DNA from: an uncultured Gammaproteobacteria bacterium
GTDB taxonomy: Bacteria > Patescibacteriota > Microgenomatia > UBA8517
Assembly (NCBI GenBank): GCA_964600575.1
Contig: CAZRJH010000004.1
Location: 6,711 to 70,710 of the forward strand
Direction: 5' to 3'
Length of the DNA: 64,000 nt
The notes below the pieces were generated by a model. The model was not told the origin of the DNA. It made no database searches and worked only from the letters and a program-made list of their open reading frames with translations. Shown piece after piece: positions 26,650-35,615 of the stretch (position 1 is the stretch's first letter; each line of letters starts with the position of its first letter). A program made the translations under genes and the position numbers.

Positions 26650-28278
26650 TTAAATATTACCATTCGGTTGGGGTATTGTGAAATAAATTTTTGTTCCCGA
26701 CCGTGCAGAAGCTAATCTGATATTACCCCCATGGGCTTCTACAATTAGTTTAGCAAGATATAATCCAAGCCCGGCCCCTTCTGTATCTTTTAATTTTGCA
26801 TTGGAAGCTCGGGAGAATTTTTGAAATAAAGTTTCCAATTCATTTTTAGGTATCCCTATACCCGTGTCCGATATAGAGACAACAATCTCTTTCTTGTTTC
26901 CGTCAATCTTAACCAGAACTTTGCCTCCTGGATGATTGTATTTAAATGCGTTGTCGATCAAATTGAGGAATACCTGACTAATCAATTTTTCATCAATATT
27001 TATTTTATTTGGAACGTTCTTGGATGTTTTTATGGTCAAGTGAATTTTTTTGTTTTTATAGACTTTTCTGACATCACGAGAAGAGTTTTTTATTAAATTG
27101 TGAATACTTGTCGGTTTGGGGTCTATTAATATTCTTTTTGACTCCAGTTTGGAAACACTTAATATTGTTGATATAAGTTCTATCATTCGTTTGGCGGATA
27201 GGTGGGTGTCTTTTACTATTTTTTCCTGTTTTGAGGTTAGGCTCCCCGGAGATTTGGATAAAAGTATTTCACTAAACCATTTTATTGCAGTAACAGGAGT
27301 TCTTATTTGGTGTGATGCTAATGATATAAAATCACGCTTCAAACTTTCGAGTTCTTTAATCTTTTCTATTGACTTAGCAATTAAAGAATTGCCTAATTTC
27401 ACACCTGCATATATTGAGACAAGTGTTGCAATAAGAAGGAAAAGTAGAGTTTTTCTAAAGTTGACAATTGGAGTAGCAAACACCTCGGATTCGGTTTTTC
27501 CAGCCAAGACAAAAATCTCATTTTCACCGTCTCCGGCTTGTTCATAAGCATAAATTCTATTTATTCCGTCTATTCCTTTTGTCTCAAAAATTCCTTCCGA
27601 GTCATTTTGAAAATAGTCGTTAATAGGAAAGATTTGCCCGATCCAATTTTCTATACTGGGATTTCTTGCCAGGATCACCCCTTTTCTGTCTAGAACAAGT
27701 ATTGTTACGTCTTTGTCTAATTCTAGGTTAGATATAAACTTACCTAGCCAATCCAGGTTCAAGGTTGCGTAAACTACTCCGCCGTTTGTCAAGGGATATC
27801 CAAAATTTAAACTAGCCAAGTTGGTAGATCTACTTACAACGTACTCACCGACAGTAAAACTGTTTGTTTTTTTAGTTTGAATATAAAAATATCTGTCAGA
27901 TAAATTTTGCGGCTCTCTAAGTTGGACACCTGAACAGATAACATTACCGGTCTTGTCAGTAACTCCAAAATTGCCGTATCTTTGGTAACTACCTAGCACT
28001 TCGGAAATATAAATTGAACACTCACGGCCGCCTAGGTTTATCTTTTGAGTTGCAGAAAGCGCGATCAATAGTTGCCTTGCACCTTCCGTAATTTGCTTGT
28101 TTTCGAGGGCAACCAAGGTGGCGATATTTCTTAGTTCTGTTACTTTTGCCTGCTTTTCTTGATCTAGTTGGGACCTGTTTACCAGATACGCTAAGACTAC
28201 AAAAGGAACTAGTGTAAATGCGGTTAGGAGCAAAATCTTTATACGTATATTAGAAATGTTGAGTTTTTCGGAGAACAT
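26650..28278 (-). CDS. Sensor histidine kinase with extracytoplasmic Cache-like sensor domain
   Basis: Two TM helices flank a domain of about 250 aa. H-box SHQIRTPV, N-box LIDNAFKY, G1 DTGIGI and G2 GAGLGL. Confidence 0.85.
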   Translation of the reverse strand: MFSEKLNISNIRIKILLLTAFTLVPFVVLAYLVNRSQLDQEKQAKVTELRNIATLVALENKQITEGARQLLIALSATQKINLGGRECSIYISEVLGSYQRYGNFGVTDKTGNVICSGVQLREPQNLSDRYFYIQTKKTNSFTVGEYVVSRSTNLASLNFGYPLTNGGVVYATLNLDWLGKFISNLELDKDVTILVLDRKGVILARNPSIENWIGQIFPINDYFQNDSEGIFETKGIDGINRIYAYEQAGDGENEIFVLAGKTESEVFATPIVNFRKTLLFLLIATLVSIYAGVKLGNSLIAKSIEKIKELESLKRDFISLASHQIRTPVTAIKWFSEILLSKSPGSLTSKQEKIVKDTHLSAKRMIELISTILSVSKLESKRILIDPKPTSIHNLIKNSSRDVRKVYKNKKIHLTIKTSKNVPNKINIDEKLISQVFLNLIDNAFKYNHPGGKVLVKIDGNKKEIVVSISDTGIGIPKNELETLFQKFSRASNAKLKDTEGAGLGLYLAKLIVEAHGGNIRLASARSGTKIYFTIPQPNGNI

Positions 28279-28404
28279 TAATTTATAGCTATAGTATCCA
28301 AAGTTAGACTAGCGGTCAAACTCGGCGATAACCGACAATCTCTGTAAGACGATAACTTTACGCCGAGAAAGATATGTTTATAGTATTGATCTTAGGAGAA
28401 ATCT

Positions 28405-31400
28405 TTAGGCGTTAGTGTCTTGGGTCATGGATACAGTTACGCTAAACCCGGACGATGTAACAGTGCCTGTTGTGGATGAAGGGATATATTTGGTGGCCCC
28501 TGCGGATGATTTTCTGACACGTATATAAATAGGTGTGTCGGCGGTGTAGTTGAATGATTCCACAGCAATTCCGTTTGTTGCCGTTCCCGTTCCAGAACCG
28601 ACACCTGTTGCAGTGAACACCACCCCTATGGTGTTAGATGATGCTCCAATGAGTGTAAAGTCTGTAGTTCCGACAGTAACTATTCTGTAGTTTACCCCTG
28701 CGACAAAACTTCCCGCGGTTACTGTTTCCGTATCTTCGTTCATTAGCTGCGTGTCATCACTGGTTTTATATATAGCAACTTGTGCTAGCTCGATAGGGCC
28801 GTTGTCTGCTTTGTCTAGTACGGTAACGGTGAGGTTTACTGCATTGTTAACAGTTGTCGATGAGCCGTCGGAATTTCTTATACTTGGCGTAGAGCCATTT
28901 ACGACATTTATAGTTACTGAGCCGCCTGAATTGTTATAAATTGCAGCTGCGGCGGAATAAATGTACTGCGTACCCGAACCGGCAACCGTAATGTCGGCCC
29001 TTCCCGTTGCCCCGCCTGCAATTGCGTGGTCTGAGGTGTCGTAAAGTGTAATAGTTGTAGAAGATTCACTTCTTACATAATAAAGATTGCCGTCGGTTAA
29101 CCCTGTTGGTGCTGTTCCACCTTGGTCCTGGAAGTAAGCGGGTTCACCATTGCTGTAACCGTGAGATGCATCTAGTGTTATTACATCCGTAGTTGTATTT
29201 ACCCCTGAGGCAGCATTAAAACTTCTAGCTGCAGGGCCGTAATTTGTAAAAGTGTTTCCGGTTATTGTCACGGTACCTGTAGATGTCAGTCTTAAAGCAT
29301 GGCCGGAGGTGTGTGATCCTGTAAAGGTATTATTAGAAAACATATCAAGGTCGGCCGTGGCTACCGAGGCCCATCTGTTGCCGGCGGTAACTGTAGTTGT
29401 TGTGATGCTACTTTCGGAGATGACAGTGCTCGAAGTTGTAGTTACCGAGTCGTTGGTTGCAGGCATATTTTTAATTGTTCCGCCGGTAAAAGTCAGGCCG
29501 CTTATATCAAGTGTTGAGTAGTCATTGATTGTGAGATCCGTTATTGTGATCGCCTTATTCAAAGTAACGGTTCCGGCACCAATTACCTGCAGTCCGGAAA
29601 AGTCATATGTGGCAGTGGTGGAGGCACTTGTATGAAGCCCCCATTTGTATCTGGAAGGGGAGGAAACTACGGAGTTTTTGTGGATTATTGTATCGCTAGA
29701 ACCCGGGTAATAGGTGATACCTATTACATTGTCGGTTGAATTGTAATTAATCTTTTTAGTGCTTTCGTTGTATTGGCTGGGTAGCTCTATGGCTGTTGAG
29801 TCCAAATTCAGATAAACAGGGTTCGTGCCGCCGTCACCAATTTGTAAATCTTGCAACAGAAGCATCTGTTTGGCTCCTTGCAAAATTGCGCTCATTCTTT
29901 CTTTTCCGTTGGCAATTACTTTAATAATACCCTCGATGCCCATGGGTTCTGCGGAATTTCCCCCTGAAATTACTGTTGAATCCATTACCCATAACGAACC
30001 CACACCCATTTGCACCGTATTTGTTCCTGTAATTCCTCCCACCCAAAATCCAAAAGCGGTGATAGCGGAAGTGGTCAAAGATCCCGCACTATCAACCGTA
30101 TTCCCTGCGCCCGAGTTGATAATAATAGGCACATGAGCGCCAGATCCCCACGGTGCATCAACCGCGTGAACCCTCCATATTTTATGGTCACTGGTTCCTG
30201 TTGTATTGGATCTCATTCCAAACCAAAATCCGCGACCCGACGCAATATTGGTAAAACGCTGCAAGTTGGCGGGGGTGGAGGCACGTACGTGGCAAAGTAT
30301 ATTTTTTGTACCCACATTTGGCCTGTTGGCAACCGCAAGAACAAGCTCAGCACCGCTGATTTGGTTTGTTGTCGTTGCATTGGTCATACCTCCCATGGAG
30401 TGGAAGGTATTAATTCCCACGTCTGCAATTGCGGCGGCTGTCGCATCATTGGCAGTGGTTCCCGAGAAAGGCCCTGTGCCAAAGTTTGTATCCGCTGTTG
30501 CCGCAAGCGCGGTGTTTGTATTAAAAGCAGTGACTCCATGGATCGGATCCACATACGAACAGTTGTCGGTGGTTATATATGCAGGTATTACCGTTGCGCC
30601 CGTGAGCGGTGGTTGAACGGCAATTGTGGACTGGCCGCCGTTACCTGATGCATAAGAATCACAAACAACATTGTTTGCGGTTGTGCCTGCAGTTTTCAGG
30701 AAACCCCATCCTGCACCCATGGATTCTGCTGATCCGTCTGCTCCAAATATGTAATTAACAGGTCCTTCCAAAAAAGTTGGTGCTGCGGCTGATGCAGAAG
30801 AAAGACGATAGAGAATAAGTGAGTTGTCCCTGTCGGTGGTTGTTGTTCCCATTGTAAACCTGGCAGCACCTGTTGCAGCAGCTTCGTTGTAGTTGAATCT
30901 GTATACATAAAAACATGAATCGGTTCCTGAAACTGCGGACCAAGAACCGTTATATGTAGACAAATTTCCCGCATGCCCTGGGGAGGATGTATCCACACCG
31001 ACATTTACAAAATTGCTGCCGTCTCCACCTGAATATTCAAGTGTTACAACATAATCAACCGCCGCCATAGTGAACCACCAACTGGGGAAATAAAAATCAG
31101 TTAGAGCAAGTGAGCCCGTTAGGGTTGAAGCGTCTACGGGGTTGGAAACTGCCAAAGCGGATCCTGTTGGGGTAGATGATGTTCCAAGTGTTCCTGTTTC
31201 CAGGTAAAGTTTTGCCACAATATTGCCAGTTGGGGATCCGGTTTTACTTAAATAAAAAGTAGTTTTAGAAAGTACAGTTGCCGTTCCCGTAAAAGATTGT
31301 CCCACGCCTGTTATGGTTCCATTTCCAAGAGCCTGGGTAGCATTTTGATTTGATTCCGAATAGCTGGAAACGGAAACGGACGGAAAAGGCGAGGAGGTGT

Positions 31401-32118
31401 CTATGTCGCGAACGGATATTACGCTGCCGTTGTATGTTTCGTTTGTTGCGGTAACTACCGTGACATCATCTTCTAGACTTGTTGCAAGTTTGAAAAAGGT
31501 AATATTGGCAGTTGTGTTATTTCTTGTAAAAAGAGTCTTCCAATCACGGACCCAGGCTTGTGTACCAAGCGGGCGGGTTGTTAGAGACGTAAACGAAATA
31601 ACTCTGGAACGCACCCAATAGGCTGTTATTGAATTTATTGATGTGGTAGCCCAGTCTGTTGGTACCGTAAAGGTTACATCCCTGTTTCCTGTGCCTGCCG
31701 TAAAGTTTGTTGTTCCGTCTGAAAGTCCTGGCAAAGTTGCCCAGGTACTACCGTTATAGTATTCCCATTCTATATCCCAAGTTGCAGAGCCGTTTGTTCC
31801 GATATTTATTCTCAATAATTCAAATTTATTGAGACATCCATAGTAATAGGCATCGTTTACTGCAGGTGCAGCGGGAACTAATTCCATGTCATTCGCAGTT
31901 GTAGAATTTGCGTCGGTTGTGTCGGTCGCCATTGCACCTCCGTCGTCTGATACTGCAGCATAAAGTGCAGACAGAAGTGTCCATGTGGGGGTTCCCGTAT
32001 CTGCCATGGCGTAGCCAACCAGCAAATCTCCCGAAGCATAACCACACATGGGGATTGTAACTCCCGCATCGGCAGTAGAAGATTCAAAGGCCCAAGCAAA
32101 ATCTCTTAAAGCTGGCAT
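28405..32118 (-). CDS. Giant Thr/Gly/Ser-rich protein (1237 aa), paralogue of 23802..26252
   Basis: Same N-terminal, central and C-terminal signatures as the 816-aa protein, with a large extra central region. Confidence 0.7.
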   Translation of the reverse strand: MPALRDFAWAFESSTADAGVTIPMCGYASGDLLVGYAMADTGTPTWTLLSALYAAVSDDGGAMATDTTDANSTTANDMELVPAAPAVNDAYYYGCLNKFELLRINIGTNGSATWDIEWEYYNGSTWATLPGLSDGTTNFTAGTGNRDVTFTVPTDWATTSINSITAYWVRSRVISFTSLTTRPLGTQAWVRDWKTLFTRNNTTANITFFKLATSLEDDVTVVTATNETYNGSVISVRDIDTSSPFPSVSVSSYSESNQNATQALGNGTITGVGQSFTGTATVLSKTTFYLSKTGSPTGNIVAKLYLETGTLGTSSTPTGSALAVSNPVDASTLTGSLALTDFYFPSWWFTMAAVDYVVTLEYSGGDGSNFVNVGVDTSSPGHAGNLSTYNGSWSAVSGTDSCFYVYRFNYNEAAATGAARFTMGTTTTDRDNSLILYRLSSASAAAPTFLEGPVNYIFGADGSAESMGAGWGFLKTAGTTANNVVCDSYASGNGGQSTIAVQPPLTGATVIPAYITTDNCSYVDPIHGVTAFNTNTALAATADTNFGTGPFSGTTANDATAAAIADVGINTFHSMGGMTNATTTNQISGAELVLAVANRPNVGTKNILCHVRASTPANLQRFTNIASGRGFWFGMRSNTTGTSDHKIWRVHAVDAPWGSGAHVPIIINSGAGNTVDSAGSLTTSAITAFGFWVGGITGTNTVQMGVGSLWVMDSTVISGGNSAEPMGIEGIIKVIANGKERMSAILQGAKQMLLLQDLQIGDGGTNPVYLNLDSTAIELPSQYNESTKKINYNSTDNVIGITYYPGSSDTIIHKNSVVSSPSRYKWGLHTSASTTATYDFSGLQVIGAGTVTLNKAITITDLTINDYSTLDISGLTFTGGTIKNMPATNDSVTTTSSTVISESSITTTTVTAGNRWASVATADLDMFSNNTFTGSHTSGHALRLTSTGTVTITGNTFTNYGPAARSFNAASGVNTTTDVITLDASHGYSNGEPAYFQDQGGTAPTGLTDGNLYYVRSESSTTITLYDTSDHAIAGGATGRADITVAGSGTQYIYSAAAAIYNNSGGSVTINVVNGSTPSIRNSDGSSTTVNNAVNLTVTVLDKADNGPIELAQVAIYKTSDDTQLMNEDTETVTAGSFVAGVNYRIVTVGTTDFTLIGASSNTIGVVFTATGVGSGTGTATNGIAVESFNYTADTPIYIRVRKSSAGATKYIPSSTTGTVTSSGFSVTVSMTQDTNA

Positions 32119-32192
32119 ACATCATCATATTAAAATGAAGAGACTAAATTGCCAAGTCCTTTCATGGTAGCACCCTGTGATATTATTGAGGC

Positions 32193-33323
32193 ATGAACAA
32201 TATTAATGGTAAACTTGTTCCCAACTATTTGCCGTTTGTTCCAAAAGAATCGATAGAATTGGTTACAAAAACTCTCAAAAGCGGATGGATAGGTGGGGAC
32301 GGACCGAGAGTTAAGGAATTCGAAACAAAAATCGGCAAGGTAATCAAAAATCCGAACGTTGCTGCGGTTAATAGTGCCACATCCGGGCTTGAACTTGCTC
32401 TCAAAATGGCGGGGGTAAGCGGTGGAGAAGTGATTTCTACCCCAATGACCTGTTTTGCCACCAATGCAGCAATTGTTAACCAGGGGGCGACTCCTGTGTG
32501 GGTAGATGTAGACCCGGAAAGCGGAAACATAGATTTTGCCAAAATCGAGGCTAAAATAACCAAAAAAACACGGGCAATTATGGTTGTAGACTGGGGAGGG
32601 ACCCCGCCGGAACTCGACGGAATTAATAAAATAGCTAGGAAACATAAATTACCCATAATAGAAGATTCTGCCCAATCTTTAGGCTCTTTTTATAAAAGAA
32701 AAATGATAGGAAATCATGCCGACTATGTAGTTTTTTCTACCCAGGCCATAAAAATAATTACCACGGGGGATGGTGGTATGGTAGCTCTCGGGTCAAAAGA
32801 GGGGCTTTCTAGGGCAAAACGCTTAAGATGGTATGGGATTGATCGGGAAAAACGCAAATACGGGCCTCTTTTTTGGAGCTATCCAATTACAGAAGTCGGC
32901 GGAAAACTGCAAATGAACGACATTTTAGCCTCGGTTGGATTAGGACAACTGCCTAAACTTAAAAGCTTGCTTGCTCACCACAGACGGATTGCAGTTATCT
33001 ACAACAAGGCCCTTTCTGCCCAAACCAAGCTCAAACCCCAAAAAATTCCTGCGGGTGCAACTCCAAACTACTGGATTTATACTGTTCTTTGTGGGAGTGT
33101 CAAAAACCGCAATAAACTCCAAAAAGAGCTTTTAAAAATAGGTGTAAAAAGTGAACAGGCCCATAGACGTAACGACTTGTATCCGGTTTTTAAAAAATAC
33201 CAAAACGGCGCTCTGCCCGGTGTTGCTAAATTCGACAAGGAACATTTGATTATTCCGATCGGATATTGGGTTAACTTGGAAACCGCTAAAAAAATTGCTA
33301 AAGTCCTATCGGAATTTAAATGA
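32193..33323 (+). CDS. DegT/DnrJ/EryC1/StrS-family PLP-dependent sugar aminotransferase
   Basis: 376 aa with fold-type I aminotransferase architecture, including ...DGPRVKEFE..., IIEDSAQSLGS and a conserved Lys region. Confidence 0.8.
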   Translation: MNNINGKLVPNYLPFVPKESIELVTKTLKSGWIGGDGPRVKEFETKIGKVIKNPNVAAVNSATSGLELALKMAGVSGGEVISTPMTCFATNAAIVNQGATPVWVDVDPESGNIDFAKIEAKITKKTRAIMVVDWGGTPPELDGINKIARKHKLPIIEDSAQSLGSFYKRKMIGNHADYVVFSTQAIKIITTGDGGMVALGSKEGLSRAKRLRWYGIDREKRKYGPLFWSYPITEVGGKLQMNDILASVGLGQLPKLKSLLAHHRRIAVIYNKALSAQTKLKPQKIPAGATPNYWIYTVLCGSVKNRNKLQKELLKIGVKSEQAHRRNDLYPVFKKYQNGALPGVAKFDKEHLIIPIGYWVNLETAKKIAKVLSEFK

Positions 33324-33835
33324 AAAATATTTTTGAAAAGTTGGAAATAAAAACGGAAAAAATATTGCTCCGGCCAATGACAAAAAATGATTTAGAATTT
33401 TTTACGAATCTCAGAAACAAGTCCCTCAAATTTTTGCATACGGGTAAAAGATACACTTTGGAAGAAGCCAAAATCTGGTTTCGGAAAAACAGACCTGCAT
33501 TTTTCATTATCCAAAAAGAAGGCAAATCTGTCGGGTATATTAGAACATCCGACTGGGATCATCATAATAAAAATGTTTATGTGGGGGCAGATATTTTGCC
33601 GAACGAACAAGGAAAAGGCATAGGTTATTTCGCCCTTAAACTTTTTATAGATTATCTTTTTAAAAAAGAAAAAATGAATAAAGTTAGCTTGGAAGTTTTA
33701 GATTTTAATAAACCAGCACAAGCGCTCTATAAAAAACTCGGTTTTAAGATAGAAGGAACTAGAAAAGACCATGTTAAAAAAGGCAAAAATTATGTGGACT
33801 CAATTATTATGGCTTTGCGAAATAGTGACCGGTGA
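33320..33835 (+). CDS. GNAT-family N-acetyltransferase
   Basis: 171 aa with acetyl-CoA binding motif QGKGIGYFAL. The start overlaps the DegT stop by 4 nt. Confidence 0.7.
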   Translation: MKNIFEKLEIKTEKILLRPMTKNDLEFFTNLRNKSLKFLHTGKRYTLEEAKIWFRKNRPAFFIIQKEGKSVGYIRTSDWDHHNKNVYVGADILPNEQGKGIGYFALKLFIDYLFKKEKMNKVSLEVLDFNKPAQALYKKLGFKIEGTRKDHVKKGKNYVDSIIMALRNSDR

Positions 33836-35581
33836 ATTGCCCTTAAGATAATTTTTCCAAACTTCTTTATATGCGCTTTCTATTTCTTGAGTCTTGGATT
33901 TTGTATCAAAAATATTTTGTATAAGTCTTTTGGCTGAGATTTTGTTTTTTATGTTTTCGTAAAATGTTTTATTTGTTGCAAGGTTAACGGCGATTTGTTT
34001 GTATTGCTTTTTATTTTTTGCTATTAAATCTTTAGCATTTGCCGCATCCAAAACACTTGCAGAAAATCTTGATGCGGGATGTTTACCGAGCATTGTTACA
34101 ACCGGGACTTCGTTTTGCAGCGTTAAATATGTAGTTGTACCCCCGCCATATATAAAAGTGTCCAAAGCGGCATCCGCCAATTTCATTCTGGAAACAAACA
34201 TTTCGGTAGGCGTTTGCTCGGCAAAAATAATTCTGTCTTCCTTAACTCCTTTTTCTTTTGCGTATTTCAAAAGGTTATTTTTGGCATCTTCGTTTTGGCT
34301 TAACATCCAAAGGACACTTCTTGGGGAGGATTTTAGAATATCAATCCATATATCAAAGCTGGTTTTTTCTATTTTGTAAGTTTGATTAAAACAACCAAAA
34401 ACAAAGGCGTCTTTAGGTAGGCCAAAGTCTTTCCTTGTAAAATCAAAATCTTTGGCTTCTACTATTTTAAAAGGGCAAAAACAGGGGGACAAATATATTA
34501 GTTTTTCCGCATAATGTTTTTGGCTTTTTTTGGGAACTACAATGTCGTCAACAAACATATAGTCAAAAAAATCCGATCCGGTTGATGCCGACAAACCGGC
34601 CCAAGTTACCTGGATTGGACAAGGTTTGTACGCAAAGATTTCCGATCTGGTGCCTTCCGTGTATCCCGTTAAATCAACCAAAATATCAACATCGTCTGCG
34701 TTAATTTTTTGGGCCGCTTCCAAATTGTTTAAACCGTTTAGGTCGGTAAAATGATCGACACTTTTTTCTATGTTTTTTCTAACCTTACTGTTGTCGTTCT
34801 TTCCGTATGAATAGGCAAAAATTTCGAAATCTTTTTTGTTGTGATACTCAAATATAGATGCCATTGTGTAGGAAACTGCGTGATTGCCAAAGTTTCCCGA
34901 AACATAACCTATCTTAATTTTATTAGGTTTTTTGTCCCTGTCGTTTTTAAAAGTAAAACCGGACTTTGTGGCATTCTTTTTGTATTGCATACTTCTTAGG
35001 GCCCCTGCTATCAAGTTTTGTTCTTCGTCTTCTGTTCTTACAACCGAAGCCCAAGGGGTTTCTTTGTGGGTTTTTTGCAGATAGTCATCAACTTTGTCCA
35101 GATCCTCCCAATCACATATTTTTCTTTTGGAGATATAAAAGTTAGAGGCGGACATCTCGTATCCGGGAGAAATATTAAATATTTCTCCGTAGAATTCGGC
35201 AGCCGCTTTGGTGTCGCCGTTTAGGTTGGCCACATGCCCCAGTCCATACAATGCTGGAGGGAATTCGGGAATAAGTTCCAAAGATTTTTTAAAACAACTT
35301 TGTGCACTTTTACCCTGCCCGCTTCCTAAATAGGTATAACCCAAATCTGCCAGAGTTTCGGCATCGGCCTTGATAGAAAGCGAGTCTTGGTAATGTTTTA
35401 TGGCATCCTCTGTTTTTCCAAGAATCCTCTCCGTATTGGCGAGGTTTTTTAAAACATATGGATTTTTGGGGAAAAGGCTATCGGCTTTTTGATATATCTT
35501 AAAAGCTTTTTTAAAGTTGCTCACCTGAACAAAACCGATGGCTTTTTTATTTAAACTAAGAAGGTCGGAAAGTTTCTTCAT
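33800..35581 (-). CDS. TPR-repeat glycosyltransferase, GT41 (O-GlcNAc transferase/SPINDLY-like) candidate
   Basis: N-terminal TPR repeats (about 200 aa) followed by a two-lobed C-terminal domain resembling bacterial OGT homologues. Confidence 0.5.
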   Translation of the reverse strand: MKKLSDLLSLNKKAIGFVQVSNFKKAFKIYQKADSLFPKNPYVLKNLANTERILGKTEDAIKHYQDSLSIKADAETLADLGYTYLGSGQGKSAQSCFKKSLELIPEFPPALYGLGHVANLNGDTKAAAEFYGEIFNISPGYEMSASNFYISKRKICDWEDLDKVDDYLQKTHKETPWASVVRTEDEEQNLIAGALRSMQYKKNATKSGFTFKNDRDKKPNKIKIGYVSGNFGNHAVSYTMASIFEYHNKKDFEIFAYSYGKNDNSKVRKNIEKSVDHFTDLNGLNNLEAAQKINADDVDILVDLTGYTEGTRSEIFAYKPCPIQVTWAGLSASTGSDFFDYMFVDDIVVPKKSQKHYAEKLIYLSPCFCPFKIVEAKDFDFTRKDFGLPKDAFVFGCFNQTYKIEKTSFDIWIDILKSSPRSVLWMLSQNEDAKNNLLKYAKEKGVKEDRIIFAEQTPTEMFVSRMKLADAALDTFIYGGGTTTYLTLQNEVPVVTMLGKHPASRFSASVLDAANAKDLIAKNKKQYKQIAVNLATNKTFYENIKNKISAKRLIQNIFDTKSKTQEIESAYKEVWKNYLKGNSPVTISQSHNN

Positions 35582-35615
35582 ATGATTTTTCTGAGTATAT
35601 TATACTTAAATAAGC

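Noticed and set aside
28751-30648. Plus-strand ORFs (62-212 aa) inside the 1237-aa minus-strand gene, and similar antisense ORFs inside other large genes (21153-23674, 23947-26070, 35847-36328, 38369-39013)
   Set aside because: They overlap long, well-supported genes on the opposite strand. They have biased composition typical of antisense frames of Gly/Thr/Ser-rich genes and no start context. They are spurious.
17477-32118. Intact prophage
   Set aside because: Only tail-fibre-like and giant structural-type genes are present. There is no capsid, portal, terminase, integrase or lysis cassette, and no att-like flanking repeats were found.
32130-32656. Minus-strand ORFs of 171 and 143 aa overlapping the DegT aminotransferase gene
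   Set aside because: The DegT frame has clear family signatures. The antisense ORFs are low-complexity and lack ribosome-binding sites.
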